The notes beneath the pieces were generated by a model. It made no database searches. It saw only the letters and a program-made list of their open reading frames with translations, and had not been told where the DNA came from. The translations under genes and the position numbers were made by a program. 64,000 bases of DNA from Lama glama (Eukaryota): contig CM052818.1 in assembly GCA_028534125.1 (NCBI GenBank), positions 19,656,001-19,720,000 of the forward strand, written 5' to 3'. Position 1 is the stretch's first letter, and each line of letters begins with the position of its first letter. This document shows positions 24,801 to 38,875 of the stretch, in pieces.

Positions 24801-25237
24801 TGCACTGGGTTGAATGGCATCCCCCTAAAATTCATGTCCACCCAGAACCTCAGAATGTGACCTTTTGGAAAGTCTTTGCAGACGTAATTGGTTAAGTAAA
24901 AATGAAATTTTACTGGATTAAGGCGAGCCCTCAATCCAGGGGCTGGTATCCTTAAAGGAGGCCCATGGAGATGGAGTCAGGAAGAGAGGAGGCTGTGTGG
25001 AGAGAACGGCAGAGACTGAGGGACGCAGCTGTACACCAAGGAATACCAAGGACTAACCAGCCAATGGGAGTTAAGAGGCAAGGAGGGAGTCTTCCAGAGC
25101 CTTCAGCAGGAGTGTGGCCCTGCTGACATCTTGATTTTAGACTTCTAACCTCCAGAATTGCAGGAGAATAAATTTCAATTATTTTAAGCCACCCTGTTTG
25201 TAATCATTTGTTATAGTTGCCCTAGGAAACTAATATA
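24801..25237. mobile_element. MLT1B-like MaLR LTR
   Basis: 'gggttgaatggcatccccctaaaattcatgtccacccagaacctcagaatgtgacct...ttttaagccaccctgtttgtaatcatttgttatagttgccctaggaaactaatata'. Confidence 0.85.
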
Positions 25238-25456
25238 CTTAGCATGAAAAAGAAATGTGAAGTATCTCATCGATAATTTTTTATGTTAATTAAAGGTTGA
25301 AATGATGGTATTCATTTGGGTTAATATAAATATATTGAGTTAAAGAGAACATTAAAATGAATGTGACTTTTTAAAAATTGCAGTTGTTAGAAAATATTAA
25401 ATTACAGATACAGCTCTCATTGATGGCCTGCATTTTATTTCTGTTGGACAGCGCTG
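25238..25456 (+). mobile_element. MER33, 3' part
   Basis: 'cttagcatgaaaaagaaatgtgaagtatctcat...gttgaaatgat...tttctgttggacagcgctg'. Confidence 0.8.
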
Positions 25457-28400
25457 TTCTAGAGTGAATGAAACACTGTGTGAGACACTGGGGTTCTTCA
25501 TCTGGAGAAGAGGAAGTGACGAAGCTTGAGATCTGGAAGCCACAAAGGTAGGAAAGTTTTTTTTCACAAAACCCAGCAGATGAGGATGTGTCAGCTTTTC
25601 ACTGTGAAGTTAGGCCTGGAGAAACATGGAGGGCCTTGGATGGACGTCAAGAGAGGTCAGGAAATGTCTTCTTTTAGCTGCAGAACAGGAGCCCGGTGCT
25701 GTACAAGGCAAGGGCCTGGGGGCAGCGGGTGGACTCCTCCTGGGAGGATAACCGTCCCTCCACAAAAGGGGTTCCTGCTCAGGGAAGGCCAGGTGTGCAG
25801 AAGGCAGGCCGGTTTGCTCCTGGGAGCTGGAGCCCCACACTTCTCATCCTTTCAAAGGCAGTGACCCACAGGCAGGCCATGGTTCTGGAATCTGGTCAGA
25901 ATACCAGTGCTGGCTGCAGGCCATGTGGGAGAGGGGTCTTGGGGTTACCCAAACAGCTCACTGGCTACAGAAGGTGGTAGTGGTGGGGGAGGGTAGAAGG
26001 TGGGGAGAAAGAAGCCACCTGGCTTAGTCGGACCTGACTCCTGTTTTCCTTGGCTGGAGCTGGGATTCCTTTCAAGGTTTCAGCCCAGAGACAGCAGCGT
26101 CTGAGCTGGGAGGCGGCCAGAGACTGTACTGCACTCTGTCCAGGCGGACAGGGAACCAAAGATCATCCTCGGGATGGGTGAGGTGTGAAGAGCTCCCTCA
26201 AAGTCTGATTGCCTTTGGAGGTGAGAGAATAAGGGGCTAGGGATTCAACAAGCAGCCCACCCAGAACCCCCAAACAGCCCACTTTTCAGGGGTTCTTGGG
26301 TCACAAGGCAGCAGCTGGACTGCTCTTGTTATTCTGAATGTTTCAAGGGGGCCGGAGGTGACCTTGAAACTACTCTCTGGAGCCAGTTGGAAGGTCCTCT
26401 CCCCTTCCTCTGCACACTGTATCACCCATTACTATTATTGTTGTTATTATTATGGTTGGGTGATTTTCCTAAAAACACCCCAGACAGATCAAGAGCTCAG
26501 ATCATCCAAATCTCCCCATACAGGCCACCTGCCCCTAACCCAGCCCCTCCGTATTGTCTCTCAGGGATACCTGGTTGTCCTTTCTGCCTTGGAAATTCTA
26601 TCCCTGGGGAATTTGTCCCAGCCAAAATGCCAGCTCACTCCAGGTGGAGTAATGCAGCAAGTCATTCTTTCCACAGATATTTACTGAGTGTCACCCAAGG
26701 CTACAAGCCAGACCTGGTCCTGGCACTAGGGCACAGAGGGAACAGTGCTTCATAAAACACGCTGATGGGATTAGCTCTCCCATCCCCCTTTCTGGGCAGC
26801 TCTGCAGGAGTTCCTGGGGCACTGGTGGCTGGGGTGTGGGTGGGAGGAGTGCAGCAGGGACGGGCAGGGCTTGTGCTCAGGCTGCTCAGTGGGGCACAAG
26901 TTCTGACCAGCAACTACTGGCCAGGCCGAGGGTTGTGTCGGACCAGCCTGAGTGGTGCTGGCCCCAACTCAGTATAGTGTCAGAGCCAGGGTGAAAGCCA
27001 CATCTCTGGCACATGCCCACGGCCTGAGTCCGTCCCCAGTGGGGGTCTGGGTGCCTCTGCCTTTCTCAGCAGGGAGCCTGCTTTCCTCTGCTCTCAAGCT
27101 CCCAGGCCCCTCCTTGCGCCTGCTGCTTATCTATCTCCAGCATTTAGAAAATGTCATCTTGAGCAGCCAGGCTTGTGAGCGGCTGTGGGAGCAAGGAGAG
27201 GTTTGCTGCGGGGTTGATGGGGGTCCCCCAGGGCCTGGTTTCAGAGCTCAGAGCTTGTCAGGGTTGGAGGGGCTGCCAGAGACCAGCTGTTCCTCCAGAT
27301 GTTGGCTCCCTGGGCCCCAGCAGCCCACCTCTACCTCACCTGGGGGAAGCCGAGGTTTGTAGTTGTGACAGATGGGGAGAGACTAAGGTGCTTTCTCCCT
27401 CCCCCGACATCCCCCTCTGACCAGCACATTCTCAAACAGGAAATCGAGGGACACTCGCTCAGTTTTTCTAGGTCAGCCCAAGACCAGGAGACTGATGTCA
27501 TCTGCTTAGGAAGCTGACCTTCTGGCCGTGCTGTTCAGACAACAATCCTGCTGGGGCCGAGGGGACAGCCCAGGCTCTGGGGCTTGCCCTTTCATGGGAC
27601 AGGGCAGGTTTTAAAGACCAAGTGCCCTGGGGTGTCAGAGACCCTCAATCCACTTTCCCTCAGAGTCGGATTGAGGACGGAATCACCAGCTCCTCTAGTC
27701 TCTTGGCCATCATCCAGTTCCCATGAGGACTGAAAGGAAGCAACTCCAGTAGTGAGGATGGGAATAGACTAAGGGTGAGGGGTTGTCCTGAGATCGGGGG
27801 GCCCCGGGGCTGCTGACGGAGCACCCCACCCCCGGCAAGTTATTCACAAATGCACACTCCCCTTGGGCTTCATTTGTACCTGGTGGAGGCAGAACCAGGA
27901 GACATGCTTTTCCCCTATCTTTCCAGCCTTGTGATTTTTATAATTAGACCTGGTAAAACATCTTTTTCTTTTTTCATTTCTTTGAAAAAGCAAGATTGGC
28001 TTAAACACAAAGTAATCACTGGGGTCTTCTGAAAGCAGAAAAGAAAAAAAGAAAAAATGGCCTTTTGAGAATAATGCTTCATTTCCACGATCTTCTTCCC
28101 CGTCCCACCCCTATGGCTCCCACTCCCATCAGGAAAAATGCCTCCATAAGGCTTTGCCTCTGGAGGAGGTGGAAGACCAGGTAATATCCCCATATTTCAA
28201 AGGCATTTTCCCCCGGGGCCCAATGGCTTGCAAAACTGTAAGAAAACCTCCACCAACCTCCTGGCCCAGCTGCTGGCCTCAAAACCGGGCTGCTTGGCCC
28301 ATCCAGGAAGCTCGTAAATCCCCCAGCCGGCAAGAAGCTGCACTCTGGAACTTGCTCGCCCCTGCGCTCAGAGGCCTGGCTGTGGGCCCTGGGCTGTCCT

Positions 28401-31400
28401 CAGCCAGTCTAGAAGCCGGTGTAAATAAGCACATTTCTCTGTGGCAGACCTCATTTTCTGAGGAATCTTTTCCCCTCAGAGGCATCAATAATCAAAAAGT
28501 TCATTGTTCTCTTGGGGGGGCCACAGCTCTTCCCCACCTGACAGTTGATATTTAATTGAAGGCTGCTGTCCATGGAGCCTGTGGAGATAGGGTTTTTAGC
28601 ACATCACATGGCATTAGTAGAGTTCCAGCAAAGTGTTAACTCCTTTGCCCCCACGGCAGAGAGTGGTAGTTCTAGTATCTATTGAACTTGTCTCAAGCCC
28701 CTCAGAGGGTAGATACATCTATATCATAGGTCAAAAATTCAAATACCTTGCCCTCCCTGAGGCCTCAACCAAGCACAGCTTGAACATGGGAATTCTGGGA
28801 GGTGAGGTCAGCTAGGAGTGGTGTGCCACTCATGATTGCTTCAGGTCAGGGAGGAAAGAAGGGTGGAAGGGTTGCAGAAACATTAGAAGCCTCAAGGATG
28901 TGAGATGTCATGATTAGGGGGGCAAAAGTTGGCAGCCAGGGTGGAATTTGGGACCTCCCTCCGCACCTGGGCCATGCGGCATATGTGGGGTAGGTGAAAC
29001 CAACAGCTCATGAAGTAAATCCTCAGAGGCTGGCCATGGCAGCAGGCAGGAGAAACCAGGGGAATTGGAGACCCAGCCCTGGCTGCCCAGGACAGCTCAA
29101 GAGTGTCAGGAGGAAGGCTGTGAGGCAAACTAGCCTGAGGCTAGCCCATCCCAGCTCCTCTGGCTACCTGGCCTCTGGCTACCTGGCCTCAGGCTGTCCT
29201 TCATCCCTGTGCCTTAGTTTCCTTATCTGTGATGCTGAAGGAAAGGACAGAAACGTAAAGGCTGTGGAAAATGCTTAGTGCAAGGAAGGAGCCTACTGAG
29301 GAGGGGTGACTGCAGTGGGGAACCCTGGCCACATCTTGCCAGCTGGATTCCATCTTGGACCTGGGAGCCGGCAGGGTTGTAACCACAAATAATTCCGAGA
29401 TGGCTCTTAACCACGACACCCAACAGGCGGGCAGTCCTGGTCCCGCAGAGGGCACTCAGCCTGTTTATTCTCTGTTGGCGGGGGGGCGTTCTGCCTCCTG
29501 AAAGGGTCTCAGAAGCCCTTGGTGGACTGATGTTGCCCCCGAGAGATCCTGGCTGGCCTCTCCCCCCACCCCACTCCTTCCCGCTCATGTGTTTGGGATT
29601 AACATGCATCCCTTGAACCTTTTCATTTTTCTACTGAGATGGAAACTTGGCCGGCGACCAGGCCTGGATGTGCTCGCGGTGTGGCTGGGCTCGGGCCAAG
29701 CCCACGGTAATTGTAATCACATGTGAGGCTCTCACTGGCTCGCTGGGTGCTGGGGCCCTGGGAGGCTCCTTGCACTAAGCCAGAGGGAAGGACATCAGGG
29801 CTCTGAGCAGAGTGCAGACGGTGTGGCCTTGGCTTCAGCCCTCACCTCTCTGACCCTCAGTTTCCTCATTGCTAAAATGAAGGGATTGGCTCCCAGGACC
29901 CCTGGGAATCCAGGATTTCAGGAGATATGGACCAGCTCTCAAGTGCCCCCTCTGACCTTCCCAACCCTGGCCTGGCCTTCCATGCATGCAGAGAGGGGGC
30001 CATGGCCAGGGTGTGGCTGGAGGACTCCAGGAAGACCTGCCCCTGCCCTGTGTCCTCAACCTAGGTGCTTTCTCACAGGACACAGAGCAAGGATGGGCTC
30101 TCTGAGCCAGTGGGGGTTGAGACTGTCATTATCTCGTGATGGGAAGCCCAGGGTAGCTGGGGAGATACGATACTAGGGTAGGACTGAGGGTGCTTAGAGA
30201 AGGGTCTGGAAGGAGAGGCAGAAGAGTATCTGAGACAGCCTTCACCAGCTACCCTAGGGCACAAGGGCAAACCTGACTCCCATCCCCCATTAGCCCAGGG
30301 GCCCGGGCTGCCCCGCCACTTGATGTGATCTCCCCTCCTATGTAAGATTATTCTGAGCAATGATGGGGCAGCACGAAGAGCTCTTTACCCAGTGGATTGT
30401 TGTGGCTTTTTCCTTTCACGTTGGAGGCTCAGAAAGTCTGAGAATAAGGAGCAATTGAAGAGCTGTGAGCAGTGGTTACCTGGCTAATTGGTGGTCTAAA
30501 GCACATGGTCTGAATAGAAGGGGTGAGGAGGAGTTTCCCCAACTTTGGTAACCCTGGGCCTCCTCCCTCCTCTCTCCCTTTCTGCCTGCGCGTGCGTCTC
30601 TCCTCACGGCTCCCTTTGTCTGTCTCTCTGGTTTCCTCCTGCTGCTGCCTTTCTCTGTCCTTCTTGTTCTTCCTCCCTCCCATCTAGTGAGAGAGGCAGG
30701 ATGGCTCAGGGGAAGGAGGACGGCTCAGGGTCAGGCGGCTTTGACCTGGCTGGGTCTCAGGCTTCTCATTTGTGAAACTGGGAGAGTGCTATCATCACCT
30801 CGGCATTGTTGGGAAGATTCAGTAAGATAATGTATAAAAAACTTCAGGTCTTACATAGAAAAGTGTCAATGAAAGGCAGCAAATACTAGTATTTACCCAA
30901 AATATCAACTGAAATTTGTCTTAAAAGATTAGCTGTACTTGATTAATGTTTGTTCCCATTCTTAGTAGAAATCAGGTCATATAAACGGTTTTTTCCCTTG
31001 TTCCTATAAAATAGAATGACCATACTCGAAGAGATTGCTCTGGGCTTCCTCATGGCTTCTGGTTTTTTTCCCTGTGTGTCAGCAGTCCTAGAGGGAAGGA
31101 AGACTCAGCCTTGAGCTGGCCCTGGTGACCACGAGCCTCTTGGCTCTCTCGTGATGGGTGAGGGTGGGGCAGAGGGCCTCTCCTGCCTGGAACACATCTC
31201 AGAGGAGAGCTTTGATGTTAGCCTCGTGGTTCCAAGGTCACACACCCACGATGGTTCCTACCAAACAAACAACAAACAAACCTAGGGGCTGATACATCAC
31301 TTTCTGTAAAAATTTTCACTTTCTAGGAGGAAACTTTAACATTCCAGGATTTTTTCCCCCCACATCATTTTATATAACTTCATCACCTGTGCCTAAAGCC

Positions 31401-32205
31401 ACTCTAGATGTTCCCAATATGCAGGGTTTTAATACAGGGGATTTAGAGGCTTACATGACGGACAGGAGGGCTGGATGAAGGGAGGTCAGGGAAGCCGCTG
31501 TCCGACCCCACAAAATCAGGAAGTGCTGAGACTGCAGAAAAGATGCCGAGACCGTCCCAGCCACCACTGGCACCAAACTGAACAACCTGTAGGAGCTCAC
31601 CTGGAGGCCACGGTAAACTTCCTGCCTGTCCATGCAATTCAGAGAAGGTGGGCTCTCCTCATCTTTGGCCTTCCGAATCTTGTGCAAGTGATGCTATTGC
31701 TAGGATCTTAGAACCACGCAGGCAAGGAATGCAGGAAACTGAAGACCCCAGGGCTCTCTGCTGGAGGCAGAGGAATATGCAGTCAGATGGGGTCTGAGGG
31801 TCCTGAGGTCCTGGCAGGGCTGGAGGACCAGCACCCCTCCCAGTGCATCTTTTCCTGTGCACTCAGCCCAGCAGCTGCTTCCGTCTCCTCGGCCACACTT
31901 GGCAGGAACAAGGGGTTCATGAGCCACTGTGTCCAGGGAAGCAGGGAAAGGGCACAGGAACAGAGAAGTAGAAGAGGCATTTTACAACGTGTAGAGTGAT
32001 GAATAAAATAGCTGAGTTAAAAAAACAAAACAAAACAGTTGTCTTAGCCCAGGGCACACTATGAAGTCCTGGATGCATGGAGGCGGGGTAGGGATTAGAT
32101 GTGGGAGCAAATAACTGTGGGGCCTGGGTAAGTCACTCCTCTCCCTGCCCTCTGCTGCCTCACCCATAAAGTGAAGGGGCTAAACGCTGAAGTCCCTTTC
32201 AGGAC

Positions 32206-32678
32206 TTTTTAAATTGAAGTCTAGTTGATTTAAATTGTTGCGTTAGTTTCAGGTGAACAGCAAAGTGATTCAGTTATATATATATTCTTTTTCAGATTCT
32301 TTTCCATTATAGGTTATTACAAGATAGTGAATATAGTTCCCTGTGCTAGACAGTAGGTCCTTGTTGTTTATCTATTTCATACAGAGTAGTGTGTATGTTA
32401 ATCCTAAACTGCTAATTTATGCCCCTCTCCCACTTTGGTAACCATAAATTTCTTTTCAATATCTGTGAGTCTGTTTCTGTTTTGTATATATGTTTAGTTG
32501 TATCATTTTTTAAGAATCAACATGTAACTGCTTTCGTGTGATATTTGTCTTTCTCTATTTGATTTACTTCATTTAGTAGACTAATCTTTAGGTCCACCCA
32601 TGTTGCCACAATGGCATTACTTCATTTGTTTTTTATGGCTGATGGTATTCCAGTGTGTGTGTGAGTGTGTGTGTGTAT
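32206..32678 (-). mobile_element. L1 3' UTR fragment
   Basis: 'aaattgaagtctagttgattt...tttcaggtgaacagcaaagtgattcag...gtccacccatgttgccacaatggcatt'. Confidence 0.85.
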
Positions 32679-33269
32679 GACTTTTCTTTTTTTTTTTTTA
32701 GTTTTTAGTTGTATTTTTAAAAAGTATTGATTTACAGTGGGTTGGGCAAAAAAATTGGGCCCTTCCCCACAGAGAGTCTGAGAATCACAGCTCTAGGGGA
32801 TGGCAAGATAACAAGTCGCCCTGGATCTTAGAAGTGACGGGAACCTTGTGAGGACCTCCCCCTCGACCTCTCATTCTCATTTCTCTCTGAATGTCACCTT
32901 TTGCCACAAGGTGGGGTATCTGGCAGCATGGAGCTCCACAATCTAGTTTTTTAATCTACAGCCCAAAAGAAAAGAGGCCATTTCTCCATAGCTCTAGCTA
33001 GAAAACTTTTTGGGAAGGACACTGACCAGCCTGGTTGGGTCACCTACCTCATGATGAATCCCTGTGACAGGAAGGTTAGACCATGTAAGATGGCGGCTCC
33101 CACTGGATCACACAGCTGAGTGTGGGGAGCAGTTCACAGAATGGAGGGGAGCACTGATGTTTCCAGGAGAAGGCAAGTGTCGGGCAGACAAGGAGTGTGT
33201 CCACCTCAGGGAGCTCCCAGCTCTCCCCTACTCTTTTCTCTTGTCTCTCAGTCTCCTAAACCATGCCCA

Positions 33270-34300
33270 CCACAAACAGCCCCCCAGCTCTGACACCAGA
33301 AACAAAGAGGTGGGGCACGGGGAGAGCAGGGGAAGAAGCGAGTGCAAATGTCCGGAGGGGAAAGAGATCATGTTACATTTGGTGAGTGGAATGGCTAGGG
33401 GTGCAGGAAGATATGAGGCTGGAAACCACATCCTGAAGGGGGTTGGTCACTGGGGAGTCCTCAGCTGGCTGTAATTTAAATAGATGACTCTCTCTGCTGC
33501 ATGGAGGATTGAAAGGGGACAAGGCTGAGGTTTGGGAGGCCAGTTAGGAGGCTGTTGGAGCCAAATAAGCAAGAGATGATTACGGCCTGAGGAGCAAGGT
33601 GGTGCAGAGGAACAAGACAAGTACATTCAAGAAAGCGTTAGGAAGAAAAATGAATGGATTTGTGGATGAGTTTATTGTGGGGGGATATGGGAGAGGGAGG
33701 AGTCTGGGATGATTCATTGGGATGCTGATGCCATTCATTAGGACAAGGAACGCAGGCAGAGGAGAGGCATGGGGAAGCCAAGCTGGCTGGCTTCTGTCTT
33801 TGACATGCAGGTTGGTGGTGCCAATGGGACGTTCAGATTCTCTTTGCTTTTTGCATAGACCATGTCTGGTTGCTAAACTGGTTGCTTTCCACATTTTTCC
33901 ATTTTTAAATAAAATTAATCTGACCCAGTTAATGTCCCAAGTGATATCACTGCCATGATCACAACCTTCAGTGGTTTCCTGCTTTCTCTAGACTGTCATC
34001 TAAGCTCTTTATCCTGGCACCTGAAGCCTCCTAGATCTGATCCCTGCCTCCACCTCCTCCCACAGAGTCCAGAATGCCTCTTCTTTCTCCATTTCTAGTC
34101 TGCATCCTCTATGGCCTTAGGCCATAGAGTTCTCGCAGCCTGGAGTGCCCCTTCTCATGAATATATATGAAAAATTCCATTCATCCTTCAAAGTCAAGTT
34201 CCTATGCTATCTCCTCCATGAGGTGGCCTTGATTCCCCATATGGAAGGATAATCTGTCACCTTCTGAATTTCCATAGCATCTTATCTAAACCCCTGTCAT
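33270..34300. mobile_element. L2 fragments
   Basis: 'gatgactctctctgctgcatggaggatt...gggaggccagttaggaggctgtt', 'tttgacatgcaggttggtggtgcc', 'aaccttcagtggtttcct'; boundaries approximate. Confidence 0.6.
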
Positions 34301-34369
34301 CTTTCTTTCATATTCTATATGCATTACATGTATAAGACTGATTGACGAGCCTGATTCTGAAGGATTTGG

Positions 34370-34965
34370 GGATATGGGTTATTTTAGTTGGTTTACAAAG
34401 CATCTATTCTCCAGCTTCTGGTAGTGGCACCTCAGTTTCCCTTTGGGAGCCACCCCCTTCTTTGCTGTGAGCCCTTGTGCTTCGGACAGAGCTGAAGCCC
34501 CTGCCCCCTCCCCAACCCTGCACATGCCCCAGGGCCTACTGAATTAAGAATGGGGGCGTTTCACTTCCCGACTGCAGTGCTTAGTTCAAGGCTGAGCTCA
34601 GGACTCATCAATCCAATAGGAGCCCAGGCAGGACTTTTTGGGGGGAAGGACAGAGGGAGACTTGGAAGGGGAAGTTAGGATAGCAGAGGAAGAGCTCACT
34701 ATCCATGGGTGGGGTGTTGAACTGGAAGATGAGATTCTGGGACAATTTGCAGCCATTTTGTCTCCTCTGAGGGAGCACTGACTCAAGATTGAAACCAATC
34801 AGAGGAAAACTGGTCTGAAAGGTTTTCTTGTTAATGCTGTGTGCACAGCTGGATCTAGCCACCCTTCTATTTTTTTGGTTACTTTAGCTGACAAATTCCT
34901 TTTTATGGTTAAGCCAGTTTAAATCAGGTTTCTATTACTGTCAGACAAAAATGTTTTAACTAATA
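34370..34965. mobile_element. Old MLT1 (K/L-like) MaLR LTR
   Basis: 'tttccctttgggagccaccccc', 'gcagccattttgtc', 'aaattcctttttatggttaagccagtttaaatcaggtttctattact'. Confidence 0.6.
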
Positions 34966-34992
34966 TAAGATGCTCAAAACAACTTGTATGAT

Positions 34993-35018
34993 TGGATGGA
35001 TGGATGGATGGATGGATG
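34993..35018. repeat. (TGGA)n microsatellite
   Basis: Directly visible. Confidence 0.9.
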
Positions 35019-35659
35019 ACTGAAGGTCTGTTCCCTCCTACTGTAGGAGTGCTCCTTTGGAAATCAACTCTCACAGGATTCATTCAAGGTATTATCCAGT
35101 TAAAGCACTAAGTCTATGATATATAGGTGCCTGCCTGCACGAGGCAGAGAGAGACTCAGCAGGAGAAGCCAGGCATGATACTGTCCTCAAGGAGACAGAG
35201 ACACATGCTTTCTGTAATGTATTTACAGAATTCACGTACTTGTTTGTACTCCCTCCTCCCATCTGCTTCTGGAGGGCAGCAACTTTGTCTTGCTCACAGC
35301 TGAGCAAGACACAAAGAACAGTGCCCGGGATACAATGAGCTCTCAGCAAATGTTTGTTGTTATAAATGAGTGAAACACATCTGATGAATGTATGAGAAAA
35401 CACATCAGTATGGAAAGTCATGGAAACTGGACCCCAAAGATGGTACAGGAGTTTTCCAAGCCAGGCTTCTAGGGCTGAGACTCACAAGTGTCTGCTGACT
35501 CTTTGCTCAGTGCTCCTTCCAATGAGTGAGGGGAGGGTTGCAAAAAGGACCAAAGGGCCATTGTGGGAAGAACTGTGGATATGTCAAGAAAACAGTGACA
35601 TGAGGATTCTGGGAACCTAGCAGTGATATTCTCGACAGTAGCATACACTACTGTTTTGC

Positions 35660-37085
35660 TTTTACACCTTTATTGAGATAAAATTCACATACCACACAAT
35701 CCAGTAGTTTTCAGTACATTCATAAAATTCTGCAACCATCACCACAATCAATTTTAGAACATTTCTGTCACCCTCTAAAGAAACTCTATTTCCATTAGTA
35801 GTCATTTGCCATTTTCCTCCAAACCCCCAAGTCCCAGGCAATTACTAGGCCACTTTCTATCTCTATAGATTTGCCTAATCAATATTTGGTCCTTTGTGAT
35901 TGGCTACTTGAACTTAGCATAACATTTTCAAGGTTTATCCATGATGCAATCTGTATCAGTACTTCATTCCTTTTTAATGGTGAATAATAATCCATTATAC
36001 GGGTGTACTACATTTAGTTTATTCATTTACCAGTTGATGGACATTTAGGTTGCTTCCATTTTGGGGTCTGTTATAAATACTGTAATTCTGAACATTTATG
36101 TACAAGTTTTTATGTGGACACGTGTTTTCATTTCTCTTGAGTATATACTGAGGTGGAATTTCTGGGTCATAAGGGAACTTTATGTTTAACAATTTGGGGA
36201 ACTGCCAAACTTTTTCTAAAGTTACAGCACCTCCAACTTTATGTGGGGTCCGCAACCTTGCTAATATTTGTTTATGCATCTTTTTGATTATACCCATCCT
36301 GGTGGGTATGAAGTGGTATCTCATGTGGTTTTCTGGGTTTGATTTGCATTTCCTTAATTCTTAATGATATTGAGCATCTTTTCACGTGCTCATTGTCCAT
36401 TTGCATATCCTCTTTGGAGAAATGTCTGTTTTGCTCCTTTGCCCATTTTTATATTGGGTTATTTATCTTTTCATTATTGAGTTGTAAGTGTTCTTTATAC
36501 ATTTTGGATATAAGTCCCTTCCTTATCAGATATATGATTTGCAAATATTTTATACCATTCTGTGGGTAGTATTTTCATTTTCTTTGTGGTATCATTTGCA
36601 GCACAACTTTTTAAATTTTAGCATATTTGAAGAATAGCTTTATTGAGTAATAATTCATGTGCCATAAATTTCACCCATCTCAAATGCACAATTCAATGAT
36701 TTTTAGTAAGTTTACAGAGTTGTGCATTACCATAATCATCATCGTAATTTAGTTTTAGAACATTTCCATCACTGCCCCCCCCAAAAAACCATTTTAGCCA
36801 TTTGCAGTTAATTTCTGTTAAACTGCCAGCCCTAGCTAGCCATGATAGATTTGTCTGTTTTGAACATGTCAGTATAAATGGAATCATACAATATGCGGTC
36901 TTTTGTGTCTGGCTTCTTTCATTTAGCATAAAGCTTTTGAGGTTTATCCATGTTATAACATATGTCAGTAACTCATTTCTTGTTAATTGCTGACTAGCGT
37001 TCCATTGTTTATCCATTCATTAGTCAGTGGACATTTGAGTTATTTCTAGTTTGGAACTATTATGAATAATGCTGCTATGAGTCAA
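35660..37085 (-). mobile_element. Two tandem old L1 (L1MB/MC-like) 3' fragments
   Basis: ORF2 C-terminal remnant in ORF 36019-36324 ([15 protein letters not shown]...YDPEIP); L1 3' UTR motifs 'ctttattgagataaaattcacatacc' at about 35667 and a second 3' end at about 36637. Confidence 0.8.
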
Positions 37086-37091
37086 TATAAT

Positions 37092-37478
37092 TGTCTTAGG
37101 CGGACATGATTGTCTTGGGCTGCTATATATAACAAAATAGCATAGACTGCGTGGCTTAAACAACAGAGAGGTGTTTCTCACAGTTTTGGAGCCTGGGAAG
37201 TCCAAGATCGAGGTGCTGGCAGATTCAGTTCCTGGTGAGGGCTCTCTTCCTGGCTTGTACATGGCTGCCTTCTAGCTGCTCCTCACATGGCAGGCAGGAT
37301 GATTGGTCTCGCTTTCTCTTCTTATAAAGACACTAATCCCACCGTGGGGGCCCCATCCTCATCACCTAATTTAAACCTAATTACCTCCCAAAAGCATTGC
37401 CTTCAAATACCATCACACTTGGGGTTAGGGCTTCAACATATGAATTTTGGGGGAGACACAAACATTCAGTCCATAGTA
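37092..37478. mobile_element. MLT1A0-like MaLR LTR
   Basis: 'tgtcttag...gggctgctata...gtggcttaaacaacaga...ctgggaagtccaagatcgaggtgctggcagattcag...gacacaaacattcagtccatag'. Confidence 0.9.
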
Positions 37479-38769
37479 GTAGTTATTGATATGATTGGAT
37501 TTACATCTACCATTTTGCTGTTTTTTATATTTCTCATGTCTATGTTGTTTCTCTGTTTCTCCTTTACTGCCTTCTTTTGTGTTAAATAAATATTCTTCTG
37601 GCACCTCATTTTAATTTCTCTATTTGTTTTCAAAACTATATTTGTTGAATTATTTTCTTAGTGGTTGCTTTAGGGATTACCATAGGCATCTTAACTTATC
37701 ACAAGGTAGGAAAATATTTGACACTTTGAGAATTCATCAGCATAAACGAATAATTTAATATGCAATAAGTAATTTTATGTAAATATTTAATATTGCTATA
37801 TTTAATTTATATTAATTTAACCACTAATAAATTAATTTAATATATGATAAATAACCATTAGTTATTAAATTGATAGGATAATATTTAGTAAATAATAATT
37901 ATTTACTATTTAGGCATTTGGCATATGGTCTGCATGTGTACCCACGTCCCAGACCCTGCATATTTTGGTGACAGACCTGTCTTTCTCATATCTGCACATG
38001 TGTTTTTTCACATAGCTATAATCATACTATCAATTTTATGTTATGAATGCTACAATTCTATATTCTGCTTTTTAAATTGAACATTTGATTATAGGTATTT
38101 TTATTTATCATTAAGTCTTTGTGAACTTCCTTTATAAAAGCTGCATTGTATTTTATTAGTGGATTTCTCTGCTCTAGGACATTGAGGTCATTTTCAGTTT
38201 TCAGCTCTTCGGGGTTTGTTTCTTGATGCTGCAATGAGCATCTTCGTGTACCTAACTCTTTCCACATTTTAGAATCTTTGGCATGAATCCCCAGTAGTAT
38301 GATTACTTAGCCAAAGAGAACAAATATTTTTATAGTTCTCAGTATCTATCACCATATTTTCCTTAAAAACTGTAGTGTAATTTTTGTCACCCCTGCATGA
38401 GTACTAGGTGTAAGTTGAAAATTTTTTCTATTTAACTTTGCATTTCTTTGCTAGTTAGGTTGGACATTTTTCTATAAACCCATTTACTAGTCATCTGTTT
38501 TATGTAAATTGCTCTCCATGCCTCTTGCCTATTTATATATAAGGCTCTTTGCTTTTTAACTATCAGTTTGTATGAGCTTGTTATGAAATATTCCCTCCTC
38601 AAAACTTTTTACGAAGGAAGCAGAGTATAAATAAATAAAAACAGACAATAACCTTTTATCTCCCTTATGTGCTGTCAGTATTTCTCCCCACTTGCCCTTT
38701 TTCAATCTTTTCTTTCTTTTTTTTCATAGTACAAAAGTGCAATGGCTTTGTAGGACGGATTAGTTGTTC

Positions 38770-38875
38770 CTTTTTTTTGAAGTGTAGTCAATTTACAATG
38801 TTGTGTGAGTCTCTGGTGTACAGAATGGTGATTCGGCTACACACACACACACACACGTACATTCTTTTTCATACT
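38770..38875 (-). mobile_element. Short L1 3' tail with (CA)n
   Basis: 'tttttgaagtgtagtcaatttacaatgttgtgtgagtctctggtgtacag'. Confidence 0.75.
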
